Assembly: GCA_025361335.1 (NCBI GenBank)
Contig: JANYAK010000038.1
Span: forward strand, 17,047-81,046
Length of the DNA stretch: 64,000 bases
Direction of reading: 5' to 3'
From: Coriobacteriia bacterium
Lineage (GTDB): Bacteria; Actinomycetota; Coriobacteriia; Anaerosomatales; PALSA-660
Part shown: positions 54,393 through 64,000 of the stretch, piece after piece
Numbering within the stretch: position 1 is the stretch's first letter
Layout of the letters: each line of letters begins with the position of its first letter
Program-made: the position numbers and the translations under genes
The notes under the pieces: model-generated
What the model was told of the DNA's origin: nothing
What the model saw: only the letters and a program-made list of their open reading frames with translations
Database searches by the model: none

Positions 54393-55685
54393 CTACTCCC
54401 CGATCGGCCGCATGCTCGGGGCCACGGTCACCCGAACGGTCGTCCCCTCGCCCTCACGGCTCGTCACGCACAGCCCGCTGCCGGGCCCGAAGTGACCCTT
54501 CAGCCTATCGTCGACGTTCTTCAGAGCGATGCCAAGCCCTCGGCCGAACCCGGGCTCGAGCACGCGGGGCAGGTCCGCCTCGCGTATCCCCTGTCCGTCG
54601 TCCCGGACGCGGAGGTCCAAACTGTCGCCGGAGCCGCGCGCCTCGATCACGATGCGCAGCGGCCCCTCCGCCCGGATGCCGTGCTGGACGGCGTTCTCGA
54701 CCAGCGGCTGCAGCACGAACGCGGGCACGAGGACATCGAGCGCGGACGACTCGACGTCCTCCACGATCACGATGCGATCCTCGCCGAACCGAGCCCGCTC
54801 GAAGGCCAGATAGCGACGCACGTATTCCAGTTCCCTCGCCAGGGTGATGAGTTCCTCGCTGCTCTCCAGCGTCCTGCGGTAGAACGCGGCGAACTCGCGC
54901 AGGAGGTCGCGCGCTTTGGGTGCGTCGGTCCGGATGAGGCTGGCGATCGTGTTGATCGTGTTGAACAGGAAGTGCGGGTTGATCTGCGACTGAAGGGCTT
55001 TGAGCTCCATGCTGCAGGCCAGGGCGGTCTGGCGATCGAGCTCCGACAGCTCGAGCTGGGTGGAGAGCAGCTTGGCCAGGCCCTCGACCATCGTCACCTG
55101 TGTCTCGTTGAGCAAGCGCGGCGTCGTGTAATAGAACTTGAGCGTTCCGACAGGAGCGCCCCGTATCTCCAGCGGCACGACGATGGCCGCCTTGAGCAGG
55201 CAATCCCGCTTCGGACAGCCGATCTCCTCCTTCGTATAGAGGATCCGGTGCTCGTTCGTCTCGACCGCCTCGCGGGTCGCCCGAGTGATGATCGGCCCGC
55301 CGGTGGTGTGGTGGTCCTCACCCAGCCCGGCGAATCCGAGCACGGTCTCTCTGTCGGTGATGGCGACGGCAGCGGCCTCGGTCTCGCGCAGCGCGAGCCG
55401 GCACACGGCGCCGGCGGTCTCGCGATCCAGTCCCTGTCTGAGGAACGCGAGGCTCTCGTTCGCGATCTCGAGGATGGTGTGCGACTGCATGGCGCGCAGG
55501 TGGTCTGGGCGAGCCGCCACGAGTCCGTAGAGCGCGATGAGTGCCACCCCCGTGAGGGCCAGCGCCGAGGCTCCCGCCGCCCACGACGGCACACGCCCGG
55601 CCAGCCCCGCGATGACCATCGCGCCGAGCGCCACCGCCGCGACCATGCGGAAGACGTCGATGATGGTCCTGCGTCCCCACAGCAT
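54393..55685 (-). CDS. LytS/YehU-family sensor histidine kinase
   Basis: GAF domain, LQSQINPHFLFN, LQPLVENA. Confidence 0.93.
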   Translation of the reverse strand: MLWGRRTIIDVFRMVAAVALGAMVIAGLAGRVPSWAAGASALALTGVALIALYGLVAARPDHLRAMQSHTILEIANESLAFLRQGLDRETAGAVCRLALRETEAAAVAITDRETVLGFAGLGEDHHTTGGPIITRATREAVETNEHRILYTKEEIGCPKRDCLLKAAIVVPLEIRGAPVGTLKFYYTTPRLLNETQVTMVEGLAKLLSTQLELSELDRQTALACSMELKALQSQINPHFLFNTINTIASLIRTDAPKARDLLREFAAFYRRTLESSEELITLARELEYVRRYLAFERARFGEDRIVIVEDVESSALDVLVPAFVLQPLVENAVQHGIRAEGPLRIVIEARGSGDSLDLRVRDDGQGIREADLPRVLEPGFGRGLGIALKNVDDRLKGHFGPGSGLCVTSREGEGTTVRVTVAPSMRPIGE

Positions 55686-55721
55686 GGGCGAGCTGATCCA
55701 CCTTCCGGCGCTGGCGCGCCG

Positions 55722-56540
55722 CTAGACCGGACGGGAGACCGTGGCGACGAGACGACCGGGAAGTTCCCGGAAACCCGCCCGCCGGTACAGCCGTCGGGAG
55801 ACTTCGTTGCCTTCCTGCGTGCACAGGGTCACCGCCGCGGCCCCGTTGCGAGCGGCGTGCCGCATCGCCTCGACGAGAAGCGATGCACCGATCCCACACC
55901 CGCGCTCGGAGCCGGCGACCGCGAGCCTGCCGATCGTCGCCTCGGACCCGCGCGTGCTGGACAGAGTATAGCCGATGGGCCGGCCCGCCCTGTCCGCGAC
56001 CACCACTCGCTCGCCCTCGGCGTAGTGCGCCAAACGGGCCGGATCGTAGCGCCAGAAGTCATCGAAGCATTCGGCGTCCACACTCGCCACCGCCGTCATG
56101 TCCTCGGCGCCTGCCTCCCGCATCGTCACCCCGTCGGGCAGGGCCGTCGCCGCCGGGATGGTGGCCCGACGACGATAGACGACGACCCTCGCGGTCACCT
56201 CCATGCCGGCGGCCAGATACGCTCGGGCGGCCTCCTCGGGCACCAGCGGTCCGAGCAAGCGGAGGAATCCGTTCTCGCGGGCCACGTCTCGAAGGTCCTC
56301 CAGCAGGATGGGGATCCGGGGCTCGGGGCACCAGATCCCTCGCACGGCCAGCAGGTCCATATGTTCGCGCCATCGGCCGAGAATGACCGGTTCGCCCGAG
56401 CGGGTCAGCCGCACGCGCCACGGCGCATCTTCCCACCACGAGACAAAGTCCCTCGAATCATCGAACAGGTGAGCAGTGCTCACCACCGGCCACATGCCGG
56501 CGAGCTCATCTCGTGCGGCCGGTCGCGTGATCCCCGGCAT
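55722..56540 (-). CDS. GNAT family N-acetyltransferase
   Basis: C-terminal RLAV...RGCGIG and N..SRRLYRRAGF. Confidence 0.8.
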   Translation of the reverse strand: MPGITRPAARDELAGMWPVVSTAHLFDDSRDFVSWWEDAPWRVRLTRSGEPVILGRWREHMDLLAVRGIWCPEPRIPILLEDLRDVARENGFLRLLGPLVPEEAARAYLAAGMEVTARVVVYRRRATIPAATALPDGVTMREAGAEDMTAVASVDAECFDDFWRYDPARLAHYAEGERVVVADRAGRPIGYTLSSTRGSEATIGRLAVAGSERGCGIGASLLVEAMRHAARNGAAAVTLCTQEGNEVSRRLYRRAGFRELPGRLVATVSRPV

Positions 56541-56541
56541 C

Positions 56542-57327
56542 CTACAGGAGCCTCGCGATCTCGGTCGCGCTCAAGACGATGCCCGTGACCGCGAGAAGGG
56601 CCGCGAATCCCACGGCCAACCACCGCTCACTGGCTGCGGCTGACAGCCTCGCGCCAAGCAGCGCTCCGGGGACGGTGCCCACGATGAGCACGAGTGCGAG
56701 GAGCGGGTCCACGTGCCCGAGCATGCTGTGCACGATGGTCCCGGGTATCGCCAGCAGCGCCACGACGACCAGACTCGTCCCCAGTGCGCGCTTGAGCGGG
56801 ACTCCCAGCCACCGGGTCAGTACGGGAACCACCACGAATCCTCCCCCGAGCCCGAGGAATCCCGAGTACAGACCGGCCGCGAGACCGAGAAGGGCCAGAC
56901 GCCACGCGCGCTGAGGGCCTTCGGGCATCTCCAGGGCCAGCGCGGCGGCGCCGCCGGCGGCAGTCCTCATCTGGTGGCGGACGAGGTCGCCGGCCACGTA
57001 CAGGATGAGGGCGGCCGTGACCAAGAGCACCGCGGGGCCTCCCGCCGCACGGCTGAAGTACGCTCCCGCGACCGACCCGACCGAACCGACGGCGCCCATC
57101 AGCAGGCCCGCACGGATGTCGATCAGCCCGCGGCGCGCGTAGGAGACCGCCCCGGCGATCGCGGTCGGCAGGATCACGGGAAGCGGCGTGCCGACGGCGA
57201 TCAATGCGGGAAACCCGAGCAGCAGGCGGATCGCCGGCGTGGTCACCAGCCCTCCCCCGATGCCGAACATCCCCGAGAGGACGCCGGAGACCAACCCGAC
57301 CGCGACGGTCGGCGCCCAGGCGATCAC
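56542..57327 (-). CDS. TauE/SafE (TSUP) family transporter
   Basis: Duplicated SGMFGIGGG / SGFLGLGGG motifs. Confidence 0.9.
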   Translation of the reverse strand: MIAWAPTVAVGLVSGVLSGMFGIGGGLVTTPAIRLLLGFPALIAVGTPLPVILPTAIAGAVSYARRGLIDIRAGLLMGAVGSVGSVAGAYFSRAAGGPAVLLVTAALILYVAGDLVRHQMRTAAGGAAALALEMPEGPQRAWRLALLGLAAGLYSGFLGLGGGFVVVPVLTRWLGVPLKRALGTSLVVVALLAIPGTIVHSMLGHVDPLLALVLIVGTVPGALLGARLSAAASERWLAVGFAALLAVTGIVLSATEIARLL

Positions 57328-57331
57328 GACG

Positions 57332-58573
57332 CTACTTCGGAGGAACGACGGGGAACCTGCCGGTGATCGCCGTCCTGTCGACACTCCGCTCGCCGCTGAA
57401 CAGCGACCCCAGCGCGATATCCTCCCACAGGCGTTCCATCATGATCGGCCAGCGCCTCTGGAAGGCGAAGTAGTTATCGCAGTTCCGCCGCGCATAGCGT
57501 GAGGCCCCTGTGAGCGCGGCCCGCGCGACGTCGACGAACGCGGCTGTCTCGCGGCCGGTGAGAGCGTGCAGGACCGCAGTCATGAAGGCGCGCCAGGTGA
57601 CCCCCGATCCGACCAACTCCCCCGGGTACGGGCGCAGGGACGCGGGAGAGACCTGCCGCAGGTCCACCTGCGATTTCGCGAACTCGAGCTTGCGGTGCTC
57701 GTATATGAACCGGTAGACGTCCTGCCGCAGCGTGAGCGCTTCCGACAGCCCGGCCGGAGGCATATGACGGACCCTCCACTCGTTGTCGAGGAACACGTCC
57801 CCGCCGTGCATCCGCGCGTTGATCACGTAGTCCATGTCCTCCCCGCGAAGGACCCACGGGTCGAACGACACGTTGGCGTACATGTCTCGATGCAGGGTCA
57901 TGCAACCGCCGAACGCGATGTTGGAGGCCTTGAGTCGTGGCGGCTTCTCGATGGAGGCGACCGCCCTGTTGAACTCGGCGGGCACGCGCCAGAAGGCGTC
58001 CGCCCAGTGACCGCCGTCGGCCACCCGTGGGCTGCCCTGCGCGTCCACATAGTAGCCGGTCTTCGCGAGCACCGGATGCCCCTCGGGCGAGCGTGTCCCG
58101 AGCCCTTCGACAGCGAACTCCAGGAAGGCGGGGTCGGAGACGATCACGTCGTCGTCCACGAAGACCACGGAATCGCAGCCGAGGGTGGCGGCGACGATCA
58201 GGCCGACGTTGCGCACCGCCCCGTAGCCCGTCAGGCTCACGCCTGGGACCATGTCGGGGAAATCCAGCTGCTCCAGCCTGCGGTGGAGGGAGCCCAGCTC
58301 GGCGGGACCGAACACGAGCGTATCGATCGAAGGGAAGCCTTCGAGGATGCCGCGCACGCGATCCTCGGCCTCGTGCTCTATCGACGCGTCGGTCGCGGCG
58401 ACGATCACGACGACGCGGCACAGCCCGCGCACCTGCTCGAGCGAGCGCAGGCACGCGGCGAGCGTGCCTTCCTGGTCGATCGGGGTAGGGTGGTCGTAGA
58501 CGTTGATGAGACGGTCCGTGAACCGCCCACGACGGCGGGCCCAGAACGTTGGGATGACGACACAAGGTGCCAA
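57332..58573 (-). CDS. GT-A fold glycosyltransferase (family 2-like)
   Basis: VVIPT, GYGAVRN, VFVDDD, RGEDMDY. Confidence 0.75.
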   Translation of the reverse strand: MAPCVVIPTFWARRRGRFTDRLINVYDHPTPIDQEGTLAACLRSLEQVRGLCRVVVIVAATDASIEHEAEDRVRGILEGFPSIDTLVFGPAELGSLHRRLEQLDFPDMVPGVSLTGYGAVRNVGLIVAATLGCDSVVFVDDDVIVSDPAFLEFAVEGLGTRSPEGHPVLAKTGYYVDAQGSPRVADGGHWADAFWRVPAEFNRAVASIEKPPRLKASNIAFGGCMTLHRDMYANVSFDPWVLRGEDMDYVINARMHGGDVFLDNEWRVRHMPPAGLSEALTLRQDVYRFIYEHRKLEFAKSQVDLRQVSPASLRPYPGELVGSGVTWRAFMTAVLHALTGRETAAFVDVARAALTGASRYARRNCDNYFAFQRRWPIMMERLWEDIALGSLFSGERSVDRTAITGRFPVVPPK

Positions 58574-58700
58574 GTGGGTTCGCCTTCATGCTGGTTGTCT
58601 GTCGCGCGGGGCCTTCGCGCCGCCTTGCGCGGGGTGCCCGCACCGCCGGGCTATTGTACCCCTTAGGAAGGAGCGTCGCCGCTCACGGCGAGGTGGCCCG

Positions 58701-59708
58701 TCACTCGACGATCCCGAGCGGAGTGCCGCAGGCAAGGCACGCCCCATCCTTGATGCCTCGGGTCGTGACGGTGTATCCCGACCTCCCCAGGGCGACATCA
58801 CCGCACGTCGGACAGGTCGTGTCCTCGCCTCCTGGCTCGCTGATGTTGCCGAGGTAGACGAAGCGAAGACCCTCTTCGCGGCCGATCTCCCGCGCCCGGC
58901 GCAACGTCCCCACCGGAGTCGCCTCCAAGTGGGAGAACTCAAGGTATGGGAAGAACCGGGTCACGTGCCATGGCGTGTCAGGCCCGAGCGCATCGCGGAT
59001 CCAGGAGGCGATGCCACGCAGCGACTCCTCCGAGTCGTTGATGGTCGGGACGACGTTCGTGACGACCTCGACGTGCATGTGCCAGCGTGACCGCGCGCGC
59101 TCCGCCTGCGCGAGCACGGGCTCCGGCGAGGGCACCTTGCACAGCGTCGAGTACGCCTCGGCCGTGATCCCCTTGACGTCCACCCTCCACACGTCGATCG
59201 AGCCGCCGAAGGCGTCAAGCCCTTCGGGAGTCACGTATCCGTTGGTCACCATGACCGTGTACAGCCCGGCACGGCGACACCGGGCCGCCACGTCCAGCAC
59301 GTACTCGACCCAGATCACCGGCTCGTTGTACGTGAAGGCGACACCCTGACAGCCGTTGCCGATCGCGAGGTCGGGGACGGCCTCGGGCGCCAGATCGCGA
59401 AGGGCCTCATCGCCCGGGTCCGAGCGGCTGATCTGCCAATTCTGACAGTGGCCGCAGCGCATGGTGCAACCGACGCTGCCCAGGGACAGGGCGTTCGTTC
59501 CCGGCCGGTAGTGGAAGACCGGCTTCTTCTCGATAGGGTCGACCGCGACGGACGAGACCCGGCCGTACGTGAGGGCGTAGAGGCGTCCGGCGACGTTGCG
59601 ACGGACCCCGCATACACCCTCGTGCCCGTCCGCGATCCGGCAGGAGTGCGGACACAGCAGACAATGGACGCGGTCGCCCGCGGATTCCCATAGGATCGCT
59701 TCGTGCAC
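58701..59708 (-). CDS. amrS: AmmeMemoRadiSam system radical SAM enzyme
   Basis: CLLCPH.C, VDPIEKKP, CTMRCGHCQNW.ISR, AFTYNEP, YLGN. Confidence 0.92.
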   Translation of the reverse strand: MHEAILWESAGDRVHCLLCPHSCRIADGHEGVCGVRRNVAGRLYALTYGRVSSVAVDPIEKKPVFHYRPGTNALSLGSVGCTMRCGHCQNWQISRSDPGDEALRDLAPEAVPDLAIGNGCQGVAFTYNEPVIWVEYVLDVAARCRRAGLYTVMVTNGYVTPEGLDAFGGSIDVWRVDVKGITAEAYSTLCKVPSPEPVLAQAERARSRWHMHVEVVTNVVPTINDSEESLRGIASWIRDALGPDTPWHVTRFFPYLEFSHLEATPVGTLRRAREIGREEGLRFVYLGNISEPGGEDTTCPTCGDVALGRSGYTVTTRGIKDGACLACGTPLGIVE

Positions 59709-59843
59709 CCGCGGACACCCCCTGACGCCGAACGCTCGGTTCTGTGTACCCGTGAGAGCCGGCAGGGAACTCGGCGTCGCCGGCGCGTACGGGGAACGGG
59801 GTGACCGGGGACGTCCCGAGCAGAGCGCCGAGGGCCGGCCGAG

Positions 59844-60428
59844 CTAGCCCACCGTGCCGGGCCCGACCGAGTCCCCGTCCAGCAGGCGGACGGCGCCCAT
59901 CGAGCGCAGGGCGGCGGCGAGAGGCAGGCCGAGCCCGTACACCACGACCGCCTCGCCGATCCCGACCGTGACGACCCCCGCCAGGTACACGACCGGCCAT
60001 GCCGTCCCCGGGCCGATGCCGAGGAACGGGATGCCCGACACCCCCATCGCGGCGAGCATGATCGGCAGATACGCCGGGACGATGAGCGCGTTGGCGACGA
60101 CCGGCCCCGCCAGCGCGAACAGAGGCCTCGCGCGCCACCGCCACGTCCACCATGCGCCCAGCAGTGTGCCGGCAGCGCCGAAGACGACGTCCAGCAGCGC
60201 CGCGGGACCCACTTGGGCGACATTGAGCAGGTTGGCGATCGCGGTGCCGATCGTGAGGCCCGGGACCGCCGCCGGGGTGAACAGCGCCAGCACCGTCACG
60301 GCCTCGCTGGCGCGGAACTGCACGGGGCCCCATCCGAGCTGCCAAGGGAGCTGGAGCACGACCACGGTGACGGCCGCGTATACCGCCGCGATGACACCGG
60401 CCTGTGCGATCAGGCGGGTGCGTCGCAT
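59844..60428 (-). CDS. queT: QueT family transporter
   Basis: IAAVYAAVT, GPVQFRASEA, GLTIGTAIAN, D..FG. Confidence 0.85.
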   Translation of the reverse strand: MRRTRLIAQAGVIAAVYAAVTVVVLQLPWQLGWGPVQFRASEAVTVLALFTPAAVPGLTIGTAIANLLNVAQVGPAALLDVVFGAAGTLLGAWWTWRWRARPLFALAGPVVANALIVPAYLPIMLAAMGVSGIPFLGIGPGTAWPVVYLAGVVTVGIGEAVVVYGLGLPLAAALRSMGAVRLLDGDSVGPGTVG

Positions 60429-60429
60429 G

Positions 60430-61917
60430 TCACTCCCGCCCGCGGGGGACGCGGACCGTGAACGTCGTCCCGATCCCGACCTCGCTCGTCACGTCGATGA
60501 GGCCGCCGGCGCCCCCCACGATCTCCTTCGCGATGGCGAGGCCGAGGCCGAATCCACCGGTGTGCTTGGACCTCGACTCCGCGCTGCGGTAGAAGCGCTC
60601 GAAGATGTTGGGAAGATCCTCGGGCGGGATCCCTCGGCCCGTATCGACGACCTCGATCACCACGTCCCCCTTGCGGCGGGCGGTCGAGACCGTCACGGTG
60701 CCGCGCTCGGGCGTGTACTTCGCCGCATTGTCGACAAGTATCGCGATCACGTCCTCCATGCGGTCGGGATCCCCGTACAGGATGAGCGAGCCCGTGCCCG
60801 GGCCTACGAGAACCAAGTCCTTCTCGGCGTACCGCGCCGCCGCCCCGCCAAGGACCTTGGCGCACACCGCGTTGATGTTGCAGCGGGAGGAATGGAACTC
60901 GAGCTCATGCTCCCCCCGGATGACAGCGAGCAGCTGGCTGGTCAGCCGGGCCATCCGGCGCGACTCGCTGTCGATGGCGGCGAGCGCCTCCTCGCGGACC
61001 TCGGGCTCGTCCGCGCCCCAGCTGCGCAGGATCCCCACGTACCCGCGGATGCCGGCGACCGGCGTCGCCAACTCGTGCGAGGCGTTCGCCACGAAGCGCG
61101 TCTGCGCCTCGGCGCGCCTCTGGAGCCGGCCGATCAGCGCATTCAGGGAGCGCACGAGATCGCCGACCTCGTTACTGCCCTCGTCGGGCAGACGGACGTC
61201 GAGGAGGTCGGCGTCGATCGAATCAGCGGCCGTCCGCAGATCGGAGAGCAGACGCAGTATCCAGTTGGTCGAGAGCAGCATGATCAGGGCGGTCCCGACG
61301 ATAGCGAGCGCCGAGAGCGCCAGCATCGGCGGGCGGATGAGCTCGATGGCCTGTGCCTCCCTCGCAGGGACGTAGACCACGTCCAGGATCCACGTCCGTC
61401 CGTCGGGGCGCTGGAACGGTATGTGCACCACGTACACCCCCAAGTCGGGCGTCCGCACGATGTTCAGGATGACCGGATGTCCGCCAAGATGCGTGGCCAC
61501 CGATTCCGAGTCGGCGATGGCTCGAGCACGGCCCGCGGGGTCGTCGACGATGGCGCTGCGGTCGCTCGCGTACTGCGGCTCGCCGACGTCGGGATCCCAG
61601 AACGCGAAATGGCCTTCCAAGAAGCCGGGCGCGACTCCGAATCGCTCCGGGATCGCGTTTGAGAAGGTGCCCTCCGCCGCGGCCACCTCGTCACGGCCGC
61701 TCAGTCCGGCCCGGCGGGCGTCGAGCAACGCGGTCACCACCGCGTGACGGACCTCGGCCGCGGCACGATCGGCGAGTCGTGAGGTTTCCTGGGACGCCTC
61801 GTCGCCCATCCCGTTCGCTACCACGACATAAGCCGTGACCAGCACGGCGACCACGATGGCCGCCGCAGTGAGCACCCCGGCGAGGAGAGTCCGTGCTCGG
61901 ATCGAGGTCAGCCGCAT
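60430..61917 (-). CDS. Sensor histidine kinase (2TM, HAMP, HisKA, HATPase)
   Basis: FVANASHEL.TP, LVDNAAKY, DTGRGI, GFGLGLAI. Confidence 0.95.
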   Translation of the reverse strand: MRLTSIRARTLLAGVLTAAAIVVAVLVTAYVVVANGMGDEASQETSRLADRAAAEVRHAVVTALLDARRAGLSGRDEVAAAEGTFSNAIPERFGVAPGFLEGHFAFWDPDVGEPQYASDRSAIVDDPAGRARAIADSESVATHLGGHPVILNIVRTPDLGVYVVHIPFQRPDGRTWILDVVYVPAREAQAIELIRPPMLALSALAIVGTALIMLLSTNWILRLLSDLRTAADSIDADLLDVRLPDEGSNEVGDLVRSLNALIGRLQRRAEAQTRFVANASHELATPVAGIRGYVGILRSWGADEPEVREEALAAIDSESRRMARLTSQLLAVIRGEHELEFHSSRCNINAVCAKVLGGAAARYAEKDLVLVGPGTGSLILYGDPDRMEDVIAILVDNAAKYTPERGTVTVSTARRKGDVVIEVVDTGRGIPPEDLPNIFERFYRSAESRSKHTGGFGLGLAIAKEIVGGAGGLIDVTSEVGIGTTFTVRVPRGRE

Positions 61918-62598
61918 TCAGTTCCTCGCGAAGAAGTAGCCGACGCCCCGGATCGTCTGGATGGCGCGCCCGCTCCGGTCGCCGATCTTGCCCCGGAGGT
62001 GGCACATGAACACCTCGATGACATTGCTGTCCGTCGAGCGCTGACCGCCCCATACATCTCGAATGATCTCCTCGCGGGTCACGACCCGGCCGGCGTTGCC
62101 GACGAGATAGGCCAGCAGCTCGTATTCCCGCCCCGTCAGGTCAAGCCGCAGGCCGTCCTTCGACGCACTCCGCGCGGCCAGGTCCACCTCGATCCCGCTG
62201 GCGGAGATCGTGCCGCCTCTCTTCGATTCCACGCTCCGGTGAAGCAGCGCCCGCACACGGGAGAGGAGCTCCGGCATCTCAAAGGGCTTGCGCACGTAGT
62301 CGTCCGCCCCCGCTTCGAAGCCCGCGACCACGTCGCGCGTGTCCGAGCGTGCGGTCAGCATCAAGATCGGCCGGTCGAAGCCGTCTCCGCGAAGGGTTCG
62401 GGCAACCTCCAGTCCCTCGATCCCCGGCAGCATGAGATCGAGGACGATGAGATCCGGCTCTCCGTTCGCGACCATCTCGAGCGCGGTCGCGCCGTCGCTC
62501 GCGCGTTCGACGACGAAGCCCTGATGCCGCAGTTCGAGCTCGACGAACCTCGCGATGCTTGCGTCATCCTCCACGACGAGGATCGTTCCTTCGGACAT
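61918..62598 (-). CDS. OmpR-family response regulator
   Basis: LVVEDD, LDLMLP, GADDY..KPF, TIRGVGY. Confidence 0.96.
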   Translation of the reverse strand: MSEGTILVVEDDASIARFVELELRHQGFVVERASDGATALEMVANGEPDLIVLDLMLPGIEGLEVARTLRGDGFDRPILMLTARSDTRDVVAGFEAGADDYVRKPFEMPELLSRVRALLHRSVESKRGGTISASGIEVDLAARSASKDGLRLDLTGREYELLAYLVGNAGRVVTREEIIRDVWGGQRSTDSNVIEVFMCHLRGKIGDRSGRAIQTIRGVGYFFARN

Positions 62599-62635
62599 CC
62601 GCGCCTCCCCAACCTCGCCGCCACACGCGGCACCG

Positions 62636-63664
62636 CTATCCGTTACCCAGCAGTACCTCCGCGATCTGAACGGCGTTCAGAGCGGCCCCCTTGCGGAGCT
62701 GGTCCGCGACCACCCACATGGCAAGCCCGTTCGGCACGCTCGGGTCGGTCCTCAGCCTTCCCACATAACAGTCGTCGGTCGAGGCCAGCAGGGCGGGCAT
62801 CGGATACGTCTTCGACGACGGATCGTCCATCAGCACGACCCCGGGGGCCGATCTCAGCGCCGCGCGCGCATCGGCGAGGTCGACCGGGGCGGCGAACTCG
62901 ACGTTGATCGACTCGGAATGGCACCGCAGCACGGGCACGCGCACGCAGGTCGCGGCTATCCTGAGATCGGGCGCATGCATGATCTTGCGCGTCTCGACGA
63001 CCATCTTCCACTCCTCTTTCGTGGACAGGTCCTCGAGGAAGACGTCGATGTGCGGGATGCAGTTGAACGCGATCCTGTGGACGAACGCCGACGGCGCGAG
63101 CGTCCGTCCTTCCAAGAAGTCGGCCGTCTGGTCGTACAGTTCGTCCATGGCGGCCTGCCCGGCACCCGAGGCGGCCTGGTAAGTGGAGACGACGACCCTG
63201 CTCAGTGGAGCGAGCTCGGCCAAAGCACCGAGGACGACGACCATCTGGATGGTGGAGCAGTTCGGGTTCGCGATGACGCCGGGGTGCCAGGCGATGTCCG
63301 CCGCGTTGATCTCGGGCACGACCAGCGGCACGCCTTCCTCCATCCGGAAGGCGGATGAATTGTCGATCATCACGCAGCCCGCGGAGGTCACGTCCTCCCG
63401 GAACCGTCTGCTCACGTCGGCGCCCGCGGAGAACAGCGCGATGTCGACTCCGTGAAACGATGAGGGCTGCATCTCCTCGACGACCAGGTCGCCGGTGCCG
63501 AATGCGACGCGCTTGCCGACGGAGCGGGAGGAAGCGAGGGCCACCACCTTGTTCGCGGGGAAGCCGCGCTGTGCCAGGACCTTGAGCATCTCGGCTCCGA
63601 CCGCGCCGGTCGCTCCGGCCACAGCCACCACCGGGTGCGCGGGCATGGGCTTGATCCAGGCCAT
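62636..63664 (-). CDS. asd: Aspartate-semialdehyde dehydrogenase
   Basis: GATGAVG, IDNSSAFR, NPNCST, TCVRVP, LRKGAALNAVQIAE. Confidence 0.97.
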   Translation of the reverse strand: MAWIKPMPAHPVVAVAGATGAVGAEMLKVLAQRGFPANKVVALASSRSVGKRVAFGTGDLVVEEMQPSSFHGVDIALFSAGADVSRRFREDVTSAGCVMIDNSSAFRMEEGVPLVVPEINAADIAWHPGVIANPNCSTIQMVVVLGALAELAPLSRVVVSTYQAASGAGQAAMDELYDQTADFLEGRTLAPSAFVHRIAFNCIPHIDVFLEDLSTKEEWKMVVETRKIMHAPDLRIAATCVRVPVLRCHSESINVEFAAPVDLADARAALRSAPGVVLMDDPSSKTYPMPALLASTDDCYVGRLRTDPSVPNGLAMWVVADQLRKGAALNAVQIAEVLLGNG

Positions 63665-63665
63665 C

Positions 63666-64000
63666 TTAGACGGCCCCCCTCCCGGACGGCGACGACTCGG
63701 CCACGATGGCGGCTGCCTCAAGCCCGAACGCCGAGTGCAGGGCGCGGACCGCCGTCTCAGCCTGATCCGCTCCGACGACGCAGCTGATCCGGATGGAGGA
63801 CGTCGAGATCATGTCCAGGTTCACGCCCGCCTCCGCCAGCGTGGCGAACATGCGTGCCGCCACCCCGGGGTGCGTCTTCATCCCCGCGCCGACGAGCGAT
63901 ATCTTCGCGACGGCCTCGTCCACCTGCCACTCCCGGGCCTGCAACTCCGTCACGACCGCCTCGACCGTTCGCTTCGCCCGGGCCAGATCCTCTTTCGGAG
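63666..64000 (-). CDS. lysC: Aspartokinase C-terminal ACT domain (truncated by window edge)
   Basis: KISLVGAGMKTHPGVAA, ISTSSIRISC; adjacent to asd. Confidence 0.93.
   Translation of the reverse strand, partial: PKEDLARAKRTVEAVVTELQAREWQVDEAVAKISLVGAGMKTHPGVAARMFATLAEAGVNLDMISTSSIRISCVVGADQAETAVRALHSAFGLEAAAIVAESSPSGRGAV

Noticed and set aside
60425-60440. preQ1 riboswitch upstream of queT
   Set aside because: queT starts 1 nt after the kinase stop, leaving no leader, and no motif is visible.

Overview
High-GC actinobacterial chromosomal segment. Gene content and order (dnaK-grpE-dnaJ-hspR, eno-divIC-DUF501-ppx-tRNA-Leu, NiFe-hydrogenase maturation genes) suggest an anaerobic Coriobacteriia-like lineage; this taxonomy is an inference. 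It is mostly core genome: mfd-prsA-mazG-eno-pyk-ftsB-DUF501-ppx-tRNA-Leu(UAA); nth; a DEAD-box helicase; threonine aldolase; an ABC exporter; a yhaO-yhaN-like pair with a frameshift; the dnaK operon; lon; DUF6049-?-PIN/TPR-trxB-trxA; nikR-nikMN-nikQ-nikO-?-hypFCDE; pgi; two two-component systems; and asd/lysC. I saw no CRISPR array, prophage or IS element. The best leads are: (1) a zinc-ribbon + HEPN-like (RxxxxH) gene translationally coupled inside the nickel-uptake/hydrogenase-maturation operon; (2) a PhoH2-type PIN domain fused to a TM helix and TPRs; (3) a long, strand-specific RNA hairpin between eno and pyk, plus a degenerate leader motif shared by pyk and amrS; (4) a 30-codon clpB 3' relic behind the dnaK operon; and (5) a short-variable-arm tRNA-Leu(UAA). 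All product calls come from motif recognition by eye, with no database searches.
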